From: Acidobacteriota bacterium | Lineage (GTDB): Bacteria > Acidobacteriota > UBA890 > WLXD01 | DNA: 64,000 bases | Direction of reading: 5' to 3' | Assembly: GCA_965248695.1 (NCBI GenBank) | Contig: CBDFKD010000002.1 | Location: 640,001 to 704,000, forward strand | Part shown: one piece after another, positions 19,565-29,295 of the stretch | Numbering within the stretch: position 1 is the first letter of the stretch | How the letters are laid out: every line of letters begins with the position of its first letter | Notes under the pieces: model-generated | What the model was told of the DNA's origin: nothing | Databases searched by the model: none | The model's input: the letters and a program-made list of their open reading frames with translations, nothing else | Position numbers and translations under genes: made by a program

Positions 19565-19606
19565 GATACTGATCCCTAGGTTCCCTGGAAGGCATCCGAA
19601 GAGTCA

Positions 19607-20857
19607 ATGGTCGATATCAAGAGAGACCCCCCGAAGAAGACGAAGCAGTACGTGACGTGGGCCCTCGGCGCGATCGTGCTCGGCGCGGTTACCTGGTATG
19701 TGTCGACGCTCGAAGCGGCTCCACCGACCGTCGAGTCAGCGACGATCTGGACCGGCACGGTGGACCGTGGGGAGCTCCTGCGCCAGGTACGTGGACCGGG
19801 GACGCTGGTGCCCGAAGACGTGCTGTTCGTGAGCGCCAGGACTGCCGGGCGCGTCGAGCAGATCCTGATCGATCCCGGGGCCGTGGTAACTCCGGACACA
19901 GTGATCATGCTGCTGTCGAACCCCGACCTTCAATTGACGGTGCAGAACGCTGAATGGGAGTGGCGGCGCGCCGAGGCGACCTTCACGACCACCCGCGTGC
20001 AGCTCGAGCAACAACGACTGCAGCAGGAATCTCTGGTCGCCCAGGTACAAGCCACCTATCACCAGGCAAGCCTGAGCGCCGACCGTGACCGGCAGCTCTT
20101 CGACGAGCAGCTTGCCTCCGAGATCCAGATGATGCTGTCGGATACCCAGGCGACGGAGCTCGAGAATCGACTCCGGATCGAAAGGTTGAGGCTCGACAAC
20201 CTTCAGGAGTCGAATGACGCGCAGCTGGCCTCGCAGCGCGCCCAGGTCGACCAGCGGCGAGCCGAGTACGACCTCCGGATTCGCGATCTCGATTCGCTCA
20301 AGGTCCGGCCTACGATCAGCGGCGTGTTGCAGGAAGTGCCGGTTGAAGAGGGTCAGCAGGCAACCCCGGGCGTCGTGCTCGCCCGTGTCGCCGATCCGAA
20401 GCGTCTAAAGGCGGAGTTGCGGATCGCGCAGACACAAGCCGGTGAAGTAGTCATCGGCCAGCGTGCCATCATCGATACCCGTAACGGCGTCGTTCCTGGA
20501 CGCGTGACCCGGATCGACCCGTCGGTCGTTCAGGGAACGGTCACCGTTGACGTCGAACTACTAACCGATGAGCTGCCGCCGGGCGCCCGCCCCGACCTGA
20601 GCGTCGATGGCCGTATCGAGATTCAGAAGCTAAACGATGTGCTCTACGTCGATCGTCCGGCATTCGGTCAGGCCAATCAAGCGGTCGGACTGTTCAAGAT
20701 CATCAGCGACGGCGGCGAGGCAATTCGTACGACGGTGCGCTTCGGCCCCAGCTCGGTCGACAAGATCGTCGTCGTCGAGGGCCTCAACGTCGGCGAGGAA
20801 ATCATCCTGTCGAACATGTCGCGCTATGACGCGTCGGACAAGGTCCGCATTCGCTAG
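19607..20857 (+). CDS. HlyD/MacA-type periplasmic adaptor subunit
   Basis: N-terminal TM, VRGPGTLVP, coiled-coil hairpin, ARPDLSVDG. Confidence 0.9.
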   Translation: MVDIKRDPPKKTKQYVTWALGAIVLGAVTWYVSTLEAAPPTVESATIWTGTVDRGELLRQVRGPGTLVPEDVLFVSARTAGRVEQILIDPGAVVTPDTVIMLLSNPDLQLTVQNAEWEWRRAEATFTTTRVQLEQQRLQQESLVAQVQATYHQASLSADRDRQLFDEQLASEIQMMLSDTQATELENRLRIERLRLDNLQESNDAQLASQRAQVDQRRAEYDLRIRDLDSLKVRPTISGVLQEVPVEEGQQATPGVVLARVADPKRLKAELRIAQTQAGEVVIGQRAIIDTRNGVVPGRVTRIDPSVVQGTVTVDVELLTDELPPGARPDLSVDGRIEIQKLNDVLYVDRPAFGQANQAVGLFKIISDGGEAIRTTVRFGPSSVDKIVVVEGLNVGEEIILSNMSRYDASDKVRIR

Positions 20858-20892
20858 CCATTTACCAATGAGAACCGCCCAAGGAGCATGAA

Positions 20893-21585
20893 ATGAGCGA
20901 CCCGCTGATCAAGATGGACGAGATCCAGAAGGTCTTCGTCACCGAGGAAGTCGAGACGCACGCACTGTCGGAGGTCTCGTTCGGTATCGATCCTGGCGAG
21001 TTCGTATCGATCTCCGGACCGTCCGGGTCGGGCAAGACGACGCTGCTGTCGATCCTGGGGCTGTTGGACACTCCAACCGGGGGCAACTACCTGCTCAACG
21101 CCAACGATGTGTCCAACCTCACCGCTTCCGAGCGCGCCCGGGTTCGAAACCGCGAGATCGGCTTCATCTTCCAGAGCTTCAACCTCATCGGCGACCTGAA
21201 CGTGTACGAGAACGTCGAGCTGCCGCTGACGTATCGCGGCATGTCCTCGTCGGATCGTCGCGAGCGCGTCAACGCCTCCCTGGACCGGGTCGGCATGACA
21301 CATCGTGCCAAGCACATGCCCAGCCAGCTTTCCGGTGGTCAGCAGCAGCGTGTCGCGGTGGCTCGAGCCGTCGTCGGTGACCCCTCCATCCTGCTGGCCG
21401 ATGAGCCCACGGGTAACCTCGACTCGGGCAACGCCTCCGCCGTCATGGACCTCATGTCGGAGCTGCACCAGGGTGGCGCCACCATCTGCATGGTCACTCA
21501 CGACCCGCGCTGGGCCGAGCACGCACAGCGCACCATCCACCTGTTCGACGGCATGGTCGTCGACGAGCAGGTCGCCGTCGTCTGA
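20893..21585 (+). CDS. ABC transporter ATP-binding protein (LolD/MacB type)
   Basis: GPSGSGKT, LSGGQQQR, LADEPTGNLD, VTH. Confidence 0.95.
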   Translation: MSDPLIKMDEIQKVFVTEEVETHALSEVSFGIDPGEFVSISGPSGSGKTTLLSILGLLDTPTGGNYLLNANDVSNLTASERARVRNREIGFIFQSFNLIGDLNVYENVELPLTYRGMSSSDRRERVNASLDRVGMTHRAKHMPSQLSGGQQQRVAVARAVVGDPSILLADEPTGNLDSGNASAVMDLMSELHQGGATICMVTHDPRWAEHAQRTIHLFDGMVVDEQVAVV

Positions 21586-21722
21586 GCTCCACCCAGGCTC
21601 TGTATCTCTTCTGGACTGGCGTCGATACCATGGCTAGCAGTGTGCCCAAATCCTCCCGCGACGCGAATGTGCCGGTGCCGCCGGCGGCCCTTGCGGCGCG
21701 AACTCGCCCGCTCGACAGCCCC

Positions 21723-23093
21723 ATGAGCCACGACCAGGCGCGATCCCCGAGAATCCTCGTAGCCGATGACCAGAAGGATGTGCTCGAGGCGCTCCGACTG
21801 CTGCTCAAGGGCGAGGGCTTTGACGTCGAGACCGTTACTTCTCCGGCCGGATTGATGGCAGCGGCCGAAAACCAGCAGTTCGACGCCGTCGTCATGGACC
21901 TCAACTACACGCGTGACACGACCTCCGGACGCGAGGGGCTCGACCTGCTGCCGCGATTGAGACAACTGGATTCCGGGCTACCTGTCATCGTCATGACCGC
22001 TTGGGGCACGGTCGAGGGGGCAGTGGAGGCGATGGCGCAGGGAGCGCGCGACTACGTCGAGAAACCGTGGGACAACGCCCGGCTAATCGCCACGCTGCGG
22101 ACGCAGGTGGAGCTCGGTCAGGCGATCCGGCGTAGCCAGCGACTGGAACACGAGAACCGGCTGCTTCGGCGCGACGGGCTACCAGAGCTGATCGCCGAAT
22201 CGCGCGGCATGCTGCCGATCCTGGAGCTCATGGCGCGGGTTGCTCCGTCCGACGCCAACGTGCTGGTCACCGGCGAACACGGCACCGGCAAAGAGGTCGT
22301 TGCACGCTGGATCCACGCAGCTTCCAACCGTGCCGCCAGCCCGCTGGTAACGGTCGACGTGGGTGCCATCTCGGACGGTGTCTTCGAGAGTGAGCTGTTT
22401 GGACACGTGAAGGGCTCGTTTACCGATGCGCGCGCCGACCGCGTGGGGTATTTCGAGCTTTCCGATCGGGGGACCTTGTTTCTCGACGAGATCGCCAACA
22501 TCCCGACCAAGCAACAGGCCAAGTTCCTCCGCGTATTGGAGACCGGTGAGCTACAACGCGTCGGGTCCTCCCGCACGCGCCGCGTGGACGCGCGCGTGCT
22601 TTCAGCTACGAACGTCGATTTGATGAATGAGATCGATGCGGGTTCCTTCCGCGAGGACCTCCTGTATCGGCTCAACACCGTCGAGATCTGCTTACCGCCG
22701 CTGCGCGAACGACGCGAGGACATACCGCTGCTGGCGGCTCATTTTCTCGAGCGGCACGCACGCAAGTACCGCCGCGAGATCACTGGGTTCGACCGTGACG
22801 GTATGCAGGCATTGCTGACACACCTCTGGCCGGGGAACGTACGCGAGCTTCAACACGTCATTGAGCGGGCCGTGTTGATGGCTTCGGGTGACAGCATCCG
22901 ACGCGAGGACCTCGGACTGCAAGCGAGACGCGACTCCGCCTCACGGCTCGAGGACCTCTCGTTGGAGGAAGCCGAGCGCACCTTGATTCAGGCCGCCTTA
23001 TCGCGCAACGATGGCAACGTCAGCCGCGCTGCCGAGAGTCTCGGGCTCAGCCGCAGCGCCCTCTACCGCCGACTCAACCGTTACGGCCTATGA
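21723..23093 (+). CDS. Sigma-54-dependent response regulator (NtrC family)
   Basis: Receiver domain, GEHGTGKE, GSFTDA, WPGNVREL, Fis-type HTH. Confidence 0.95.
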   Translation: MSHDQARSPRILVADDQKDVLEALRLLLKGEGFDVETVTSPAGLMAAAENQQFDAVVMDLNYTRDTTSGREGLDLLPRLRQLDSGLPVIVMTAWGTVEGAVEAMAQGARDYVEKPWDNARLIATLRTQVELGQAIRRSQRLEHENRLLRRDGLPELIAESRGMLPILELMARVAPSDANVLVTGEHGTGKEVVARWIHAASNRAASPLVTVDVGAISDGVFESELFGHVKGSFTDARADRVGYFELSDRGTLFLDEIANIPTKQQAKFLRVLETGELQRVGSSRTRRVDARVLSATNVDLMNEIDAGSFREDLLYRLNTVEICLPPLRERREDIPLLAAHFLERHARKYRREITGFDRDGMQALLTHLWPGNVRELQHVIERAVLMASGDSIRREDLGLQARRDSASRLEDLSLEEAERTLIQAALSRNDGNVSRAAESLGLSRSALYRRLNRYGL

Positions 23094-24454
23094 CTCGGGA
23101 GCGGCCTCGGTCGCTCAGCTTCGACCACCGCGTCCTGATCCTGGCAGTGGGCGCCGGCTTGCCGGCCTCCGTCGTCGCGCTCTGGTTGCTGTGGAGTGGC
23201 GAGCACCCCGCCAGATTGCAATGGACGCTGTCGATGGTCGTCGTCGGCACATGGTTGGGCTTCGCGCTCGCACTGCGTGAGCAGGTCGTCCGACCTCTAC
23301 AGACCCTTTCCAACCTCCTGTCCGCGCTGCGCGAGGGCGATTTCTCAATCCGCGCACGCGAAGCTCACATGGGCGAGGCTCTGGGCCTGGCGATGGTCGA
23401 GCTCAATCAACTCGGCGACATCCTGCGCGAGCAGCGCCGCGGCGCCGTCGAAGCGACCGCGCTCCTCGGGAAAGTAATGGAGGAGATCGACGTTGCCGTG
23501 TTCGCTCTCGACGAGCCCGGGCACGTGCGATTGGTCAATCGCGGCGGTGAGCGTCTCCTCGGTTTGGCGGCCAAGCAAGTCATCGGCAACAAGGCCAGCG
23601 ACCTCGGGCTGGAGAACTGCATTGGCGGAGCGGCTTCTCGCATCGTGGAGCTCAACCTACCGGGCGGCAGCGGGCACTGGGAGCTCCGCCGCGGCACGTT
23701 TCGTCAGGGCGGGCGCCCACATCAGCTGATGGTCTTGTCCGATCTGACGCGGACGCTACGGCAGCAAGAACGACAGGCCTGGCAGCGACTCGTGCAGGTC
23801 CTCCGCCACGAGATCAACAACTCGCTGGCGCCGATCAAGTCGATCGCCGAGAGCCTACGGCTGCAAATGCGTCGCCAGCCGCTGCCGGTCGACTGGCTCG
23901 ATGATCTCGGTACCGGCCTGCAAGTCATCGCCGACCGCTCCGGTGGGCTTGCACGATTCATGTCGTCCTACGCCCGGCTTACACAGCTGCCCCCGCCCCG
24001 ACCGCTACCGGTCGAAGTCAGTGCCTGGGTCGACCGGGTGGTGGCGCTCGAGAGCCGACTGCCGGTGACCGTCGAGGGTGGACCGGATTTGCATCTCCGC
24101 GCTGACGGCGATCAGCTCGACCAGCTGCTGATCAACTTGCTGGCCAACGCTGTCGAGGCGGCAATCGATACCGGTGGCGGGGTGCGAGTGCGGTGGTCGC
24201 AGGTCAACGGGCGGGGCGAGCAACTCGAGCTGCTCATAGAGGACGATGGGCAGGGACTGCCGGAAACACAGAACCTGTTCGTGCCTTTCTTCACCACCAA
24301 GCCCCAGGGCTCGGGTATCGGTTTGGTGCTCAGCCGGCAGATCGCCGAGAACCATGGCGGCACCCTGACGCTCGAGAATCGGGTGTCGACGCCGGGCTGC
24401 TGGGCGCGCCTGCGCTTGCCACTCGAGCCTCCGGGCTCATCCGCCAGCGACTAA
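23090..24454 (+). CDS. Sensor histidine kinase (HAMP/PAS)
   Basis: HEINNSL, NLLANA, DDGQG, FFTTK, GSGIGL; ATGA overlap with the regulator. Confidence 0.94.
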   Translation: MTRERPRSLSFDHRVLILAVGAGLPASVVALWLLWSGEHPARLQWTLSMVVVGTWLGFALALREQVVRPLQTLSNLLSALREGDFSIRAREAHMGEALGLAMVELNQLGDILREQRRGAVEATALLGKVMEEIDVAVFALDEPGHVRLVNRGGERLLGLAAKQVIGNKASDLGLENCIGGAASRIVELNLPGGSGHWELRRGTFRQGGRPHQLMVLSDLTRTLRQQERQAWQRLVQVLRHEINNSLAPIKSIAESLRLQMRRQPLPVDWLDDLGTGLQVIADRSGGLARFMSSYARLTQLPPPRPLPVEVSAWVDRVVALESRLPVTVEGGPDLHLRADGDQLDQLLINLLANAVEAAIDTGGGVRVRWSQVNGRGEQLELLIEDDGQGLPETQNLFVPFFTTKPQGSGIGLVLSRQIAENHGGTLTLENRVSTPGCWARLRLPLEPPGSSASD

Positions 24455-24954
24455 CCCGTGTAGCCGCCAACTAGTGGCCTCGGCATGTCGGCAGACTGAT
24501 TGCGGCGGCCCTTCGGAAGCGCCGAGCGTATGAGCCCGGGGCGCCACTCGGCGCACCCGATAGGGACGCCGAGGTACCGGGCAGCTATGTATCCACGGTT
24601 CGGAAGCTGACGCCGTGGATCGTCCGTCGCCAACTCGACCTCCTGGCCAGCAAGAAAACGTGCCACCTCACCAGCATCGAGCTCGACCACGTTGCGCGTT
24701 GCGCCCAGCCCGAAGTGCACGAGCCCGATGCTGGTCGGCTTCCAGGCCCGCCCGCCCACTCGCAACAGCGGAAAACCGACGCCATCTACTGGATCGGCGG
24801 CGCCCGGGTCGACATCGAGCGACGCTACCCATACGGAAGCTCTGCCTCGCTGCCACATCGAGCAGCGGTCGAAGATCTCGGCCGAAGTGCCGAAGCGATC
24901 TGTCCACCAGTTGATGTAGGGTTCCCGCTCCAGGCGCTGGAAGCGACTCAGCAT
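24451..24954 (-). CDS. Stand-alone RsmF C-terminal (PUA-like) domain protein
   Basis: WWTDRFG, KPTS, FLAGQE, GYIAARY, PIGC; coupled to the upstream m5C methyltransferase. Confidence 0.6.
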   Translation of the reverse strand: MLSRFQRLEREPYINWWTDRFGTSAEIFDRCSMWQRGRASVWVASLDVDPGAADPVDGVGFPLLRVGGRAWKPTSIGLVHFGLGATRNVVELDAGEVARFLAGQEVELATDDPRRQLPNRGYIAARYLGVPIGCAEWRPGLIRSALPKGRRNQSADMPRPLVGGYTG

Positions 24955-25907
24955 CCCGGCACCTTCCGCACCCTGGCTATCGTGAAGCCGCCCGTGTCGT
25001 TCAGGTGCGGCCAGTAGCGTGCCAAGTTGCGGCAATCCTCCCGCAACGGGCGCCCCTCCCATTCGACCACACCGGGATCAGCAACGAGACCGGGAATGAG
25101 GACCGGCTCGATCACGGCATCGGCACCCAACGTGTAGTCGAGCACCACCTCGTTCTCCTCCGGCGCAAAGGTGCACGTGGAGTAGATGAGGATGCCTCCC
25201 TCGCGCAGCAGCTTCCAGGCGCGACCGAGCAGGGTTGCCTGAAGTCCGGACCTCCCGTGGATGGGTCCACTGGACGCCCGGCCGGCCGCTTTCGGCGTCT
25301 CACGTACGTTGCCCTCGCAAGAGCAGGGAACGTCCAGCAGTATGCGATCGAACGGCCCGGCCTGGATCGGGAACCGGGTACCGTCGATCGGCGTTACGAC
25401 GACGTTGGTCATGCCGAGACGCTCGCAGTTAGAGCGCAACGCCCGCAGTCGGTGAGGCTGCACGTCGTTTGCGACCAGTGTGCCCCGGTTGTCCATGGAT
25501 AGCGCGATGCGAGCGGTCTTGCCGCCCGGGGCGGCACACATGTCGAGGATCCGCTCACCCGGCATCGCGCCGAGCGCTACCGGCGGCGCCAGAGAGATTT
25601 CCTCCTGCACATGGATCAGGCCGAGCTGATTCTCCAGCGTGTGTCCGGGACGCTCGAGCCCCTCGACTCGCCAGGCGTCGGCGATCCATTCCAACGGCGT
25701 AGCAACATAGCCGCGCTCGCCCAACAGCTCCGCAATCCCGGCACTCTTCTCAAGGCCGAGGGCGGCCACCAGCCGTTGACGATGTTCGAGCCGCACGGGG
25801 TTTCCCCAGACTACGAGGGGCAGCGGGCGCCGGCAGGCATCGACCAGTCCAGGCCAGTCATCCACCATCGAGCGATAGCGCGATAGGGCGTCTTCGATCC
25901 TGATCAT
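24948..25907 (-). CDS. RsmB/NOP2/Sun-family RNA m5C methyltransferase (catalytic domain only)
   Basis: LDMCAAPGGKT, LLDVPCS, YSTCTFAPEENE. Confidence 0.93.
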   Translation of the reverse strand: MIRIEDALSRYRSMVDDWPGLVDACRRPLPLVVWGNPVRLEHRQRLVAALGLEKSAGIAELLGERGYVATPLEWIADAWRVEGLERPGHTLENQLGLIHVQEEISLAPPVALGAMPGERILDMCAAPGGKTARIALSMDNRGTLVANDVQPHRLRALRSNCERLGMTNVVVTPIDGTRFPIQAGPFDRILLDVPCSCEGNVRETPKAAGRASSGPIHGRSGLQATLLGRAWKLLREGGILIYSTCTFAPEENEVVLDYTLGADAVIEPVLIPGLVADPGVVEWEGRPLREDCRNLARYWPHLNDTGGFTIARVRKVPGC

Positions 25908-26010
25908 GCGAACGGCAGCTTACAGTCCCGGCCGGCCCCCGGGGTAGGAAGTGCCGCCGCGTTCGGTTAGCCTGATGGAATCTGGAGTCGGCCCTCAACG
26001 TGAGGTTGCG

Positions 26011-27147
26011 GTGACGATCAGCTATCCGCGCCCGCACCGCCTCATCACCGTTATCGCGGTGCTGGCGACCTCTGTCTTGCCCTCCCCGCCAGCGGGTGCA
26101 GAGTCGGCGCTACGCCGCGGGCTCGGCGAGGATCAGCTGATCCTGCTTCGCGAGGCGATACAGCTCGTCCGGGTGGTCGGTGATGAGGTGTGGACGGGTT
26201 GGGCACAGATTCCGAAGACGACGCTGATTATCGCGCCGGACGGCGAGTATCTGGTCAACCTGCCGGCTAACGCCGCAGCGCCTCCCGAGTTCGAGCAAAC
26301 GGATCAGCACTTCATGGGGGTGCCGATTTACTCGCGCTCCCGCAGGCTGTCGAGCGCCCTGCGCGCCACGTTCCCGATCGGCGGCGTTCCCTCCGCCGTG
26401 ATCGGAGCCTGGCGCGCCGACGTAGAGTCGCCGAACGAGTGGGTCGTCGGTCTGGTCGAGCAGTGGTTCCATGTGTTGCAGCTGCGGCGCGGCGAGCAGG
26501 CGAAGGTTGCCGACCTGAGCCTGGGATCCGACCCCAGGCTGTCCTGGCAGCTGACCTACCCATTTCCCTTCGAGGACCCCGACGTCGGCAATGCGATGTT
26601 GCTCCTCGGCCAGTCGCTCTACGATTTCTGGACCATGGGAGCGAGCCTGCCACGCGCCGGGCAGCGCGCCTTCCTCGCCGCCACAGCGTCGGCAGCGCTG
26701 CAGAATCTTCGTGTCGTGATCACCCTCAAGCACGGTCAGCAGGCATGGGAGTATTTCCAGTTCCAGACCTGGCGCGCCGGCGTAGCCCGCTACAGCAGCA
26801 TCCTCGCCGCGCGTGCGGTGGCGCGCGCGGAAGTCCTCGACGATTACGAGCGTACGGCTGGCTTCGATCGACTCGAACAGCACAAGTCATACGCCGCGAT
26901 GTGGGAGGAGAACATCTCCCACCGCTTCTGGTTGATCCGTACGGCCGGCCTCGAGGGCGAGCGCGATCCGACGTCGTTCAACGCCCTCGGCCACGGCATC
27001 GCCGAGCTACTGGACGTGCTCGGCTTCGATTGGAAGGAAACCTATTTCGATCGCGGAGTATGGCTAGACGATCTGGTTGCGGCCGGGATGGCGCTCGAGA
27101 TCAGCGACACACCGAAGCGCGCCAACGCACGACGCCAGAACGACTGA
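26011..27147 (+). CDS. Secreted zincin-like protein with degenerate metal-binding motifs
   Basis: Signal peptide; LVEQWFHVLQ and WRAGVARY resemble HExxH and EGxAxY. Confidence 0.55.
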   Translation: MTISYPRPHRLITVIAVLATSVLPSPPAGAESALRRGLGEDQLILLREAIQLVRVVGDEVWTGWAQIPKTTLIIAPDGEYLVNLPANAAAPPEFEQTDQHFMGVPIYSRSRRLSSALRATFPIGGVPSAVIGAWRADVESPNEWVVGLVEQWFHVLQLRRGEQAKVADLSLGSDPRLSWQLTYPFPFEDPDVGNAMLLLGQSLYDFWTMGASLPRAGQRAFLAATASAALQNLRVVITLKHGQQAWEYFQFQTWRAGVARYSSILAARAVARAEVLDDYERTAGFDRLEQHKSYAAMWEENISHRFWLIRTAGLEGERDPTSFNALGHGIAELLDVLGFDWKETYFDRGVWLDDLVAAGMALEISDTPKRANARRQND

Positions 27148-27224
27148 CCTTACCGTTCTCGCTCGCCGGTCCGGATAAGGCACCTTCGGCGCCCGCAAGA
27201 TAGCGTCCCACATGGCGGTCGGGG

Positions 27225-27307
27225 CTAGCAGGCCGTGGTGAAAGTGCGATGGGCCTGGTTTTGCCGCCTGACCCTCCGGGCACCACACTTCCACCACGGC
27301 CTGCTAG
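27225..27307. mobile_element. Short (75-bp) member of the same MITE family
   Basis: CTAG-CAGGCCGTGGTGAAAGTG...CACTTCCACCACGGCCTG-CTAG. Confidence 0.88.
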
Positions 27308-27837
27308 ATCACGTTACGGCCTGATCGACTCGTCGCCCCGAGAAAGCGCTGGATCGACTCCGGCGAGCGCCCGGCCTCGCGAAGGTGCCACGCGCGCGAG
27401 AGTCGCAGCGTGTTGACGTTCACATCGCTGCCGATCTCGGCCCCTTTGACATTGGCCCCCAGAATCTGTCGCACCTCTTGGACGCGAATCCGTCGCGGCC
27501 GATTCCCGACGAACAGGGCTTGTGTCTGCTGCTCGTCCGATCCGTGCTGCGCCAGGATGAGGCGCCGGGCAGATTGTTTGTACACGTCCAGGATATCGGC
27601 CAGGTCGACCTCCAGATCGACACGCCGCATGCCCTCGGCCGCCCTGAGAACGATCTGCTCGCGGCGCGATTGCAGGTCACCGAGGTTCAGGTTGCTCACC
27701 TCGAGCGCCGTTGCGGCGGCGTAGTACATCGTCGCGAGCACAGCCACATCGCGAAGGCCGGGCGGATCATCGCGGTCTCCGTGCCCGAGCAGGCGCTCTA
27801 CCTCTTCGGTAGACAGGACCTCTACGGGCACGTTCAT
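27304..27837 (-). CDS. XerC/D-like catalytic-domain protein lacking catalytic residues
   Basis: LSTEEVERLL, GLRDVAVL, ALFVG, NTLRLSRAWHL, IQRFLG; no catalytic Tyr. Confidence 0.75.
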   Translation of the reverse strand: MNVPVEVLSTEEVERLLGHGDRDDPPGLRDVAVLATMYYAAATALEVSNLNLGDLQSRREQIVLRAAEGMRRVDLEVDLADILDVYKQSARRLILAQHGSDEQQTQALFVGNRPRRIRVQEVRQILGANVKGAEIGSDVNVNTLRLSRAWHLREAGRSPESIQRFLGATSRSGRNVI

Positions 27838-28005
27838 CGCGTCGGCTCCGGATGATCAATGTGTACTGTGATAACCCGATGGTGGGTGCTAGCTGGGTGG
27901 CACTATCTGCAGCGAACCGCAAATTTTACCATGTGGTACTGAGTGCATACGGGTCGTATCAATCACCACGGGCGGCAATCGCGCCGCTCCTCGGGAGGAG
28001 GATGC

Positions 28006-28491
28006 ATGTCCGCCGAGCCGGCCGGCGCCGCCCCCGCCAACGCATTCGACCATCCGGACCTCAGCCGCCAGTGGGTGCTGCGTCGACTGCAGCGCGCGCT
28101 CACTACAGATCTTGCCGCAGCGGCACTGTTGTCCGGCCTGTCGTCCAGCGCCCGACGGCCGCATCGCGCCACCCTGGCGGAGCTCGGTAGCGGCACAGCG
28201 GCGCGCGCCGAGACCCTGCGTGCGCTGATCCGTGAGCTCGGTAGCGCCCCCTACTCTTCCATGGGCCTGGCGCGAGGCCTCTGCACTGCAGGCGGCTACG
28301 CGCTCGGATGGGCCGGCGTCGCCCTCTGGCGCAGCTGTGTCAGACGCCTGGCCGCGCACACGCTCTCCGAATACGATCTGCTCATCGGCCTGGTCGATGG
28401 AGCCGGCGGAGTAGACCCACGACTCGTAGAGCGTCTGCGGCCTCTGCTGGTATCGGCACGGAGCCAACACCAGTCGCTGGAGCCACGATGA
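28006..28491 (+). CDS. Ferritin-like (Coq7/rubrerythrin-fold) protein, degenerate
   Basis: Four-helix pattern, LIRELG..P, GGYALG; GGAGGAGG RBS; ATGA overlap with queC. Confidence 0.5.
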   Translation: MSAEPAGAAPANAFDHPDLSRQWVLRRLQRALTTDLAAAALLSGLSSSARRPHRATLAELGSGTAARAETLRALIRELGSAPYSSMGLARGLCTAGGYALGWAGVALWRSCVRRLAAHTLSEYDLLIGLVDGAGGVDPRLVERLRPLLVSARSQHQSLEPR

Positions 28492-29285
28492 CTGAAGCGC
28501 GTCAACGAGCCGCCGAACACGCGGAGTCAGCAGCGGCGGGTGCCGAGGCCGCGGCGCAGGTCGAAACCGCCAGTAGCCCGAATCGTCTGGGCCTCAATCA
28601 GCGCCGCTCGGCGGTGATCTTGTTGTCTGGTGGGCTGGACTCGGCGACGACGCTGGCGGTGGCGGCGGCAGAGGACTATGACTGCAACGCTCTCACGATC
28701 GACTACGGCCAGCGGCATCGCGTGGAGTTGGAGCGCGCGCGCTCCATCGCGCTCTTCATGGCGGTGCCGCATCGCACCTTGCAGGTCGACCTCGCGTCTT
28801 TCGGTGGATCGTCGCTGACGGACGATATCCCGGTGCCGCACCCCGAGTCTGACGTCGAGATCGAATCCCGCATCCCATCCACCTACGTCCCGGCGCGCAA
28901 CACGGTCTTTCTGTCCCTGGCGCTGGCCTGGGCGGAGACTCTGGAGGCTCGCGATCTGTTCATCGGCGCCAACGTTCTCGACTACTCCGGCTATCCGGAT
29001 TGCCGGCCCGAGTTTCTCGAGGCGTTCGAGATCGTCGCCAACCTCGGCACCTGCGCGGGCACCGAGCGCGGGACGCAATTCACGGTCCATGCGCCGCTCC
29101 TACGGTCAACCAAGGCAGAGATCATCGAGCGAGGGGCCGAGCTGGGCGTGCCGTTCCAGCTGACTCATTCCTGCTACGATCCGGATCCCCAGGGCTTGGC
29201 CTGCGGCCTATGCGACGCCTGCATCCTGCGACGTCGAGGATTCCAGCGGGCGGGCATCGACGACCCCACCCCTTACGCCAGCTGA
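28488..29285 (+). CDS. queC: 7-cyano-7-deazaguanine synthase
   Basis: SGGLDS, YVPARN, YPDCRPEF, SCY...CGLCDAC. Confidence 0.97.
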   Translation: MTEARQRAAEHAESAAAGAEAAAQVETASSPNRLGLNQRRSAVILLSGGLDSATTLAVAAAEDYDCNALTIDYGQRHRVELERARSIALFMAVPHRTLQVDLASFGGSSLTDDIPVPHPESDVEIESRIPSTYVPARNTVFLSLALAWAETLEARDLFIGANVLDYSGYPDCRPEFLEAFEIVANLGTCAGTERGTQFTVHAPLLRSTKAEIIERGAELGVPFQLTHSCYDPDPQGLACGLCDACILRRRGFQRAGIDDPTPYAS

Positions 29286-29295
29286 GCGGACGCTC

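Noticed and set aside
27838-28005. preQ1 riboswitch or sigma-54 promoter upstream of the que operon
   Set aside because: No preQ1 stem with an A-rich tail; TGGCAC-TATC-TGC has the wrong -24/-12 spacing.
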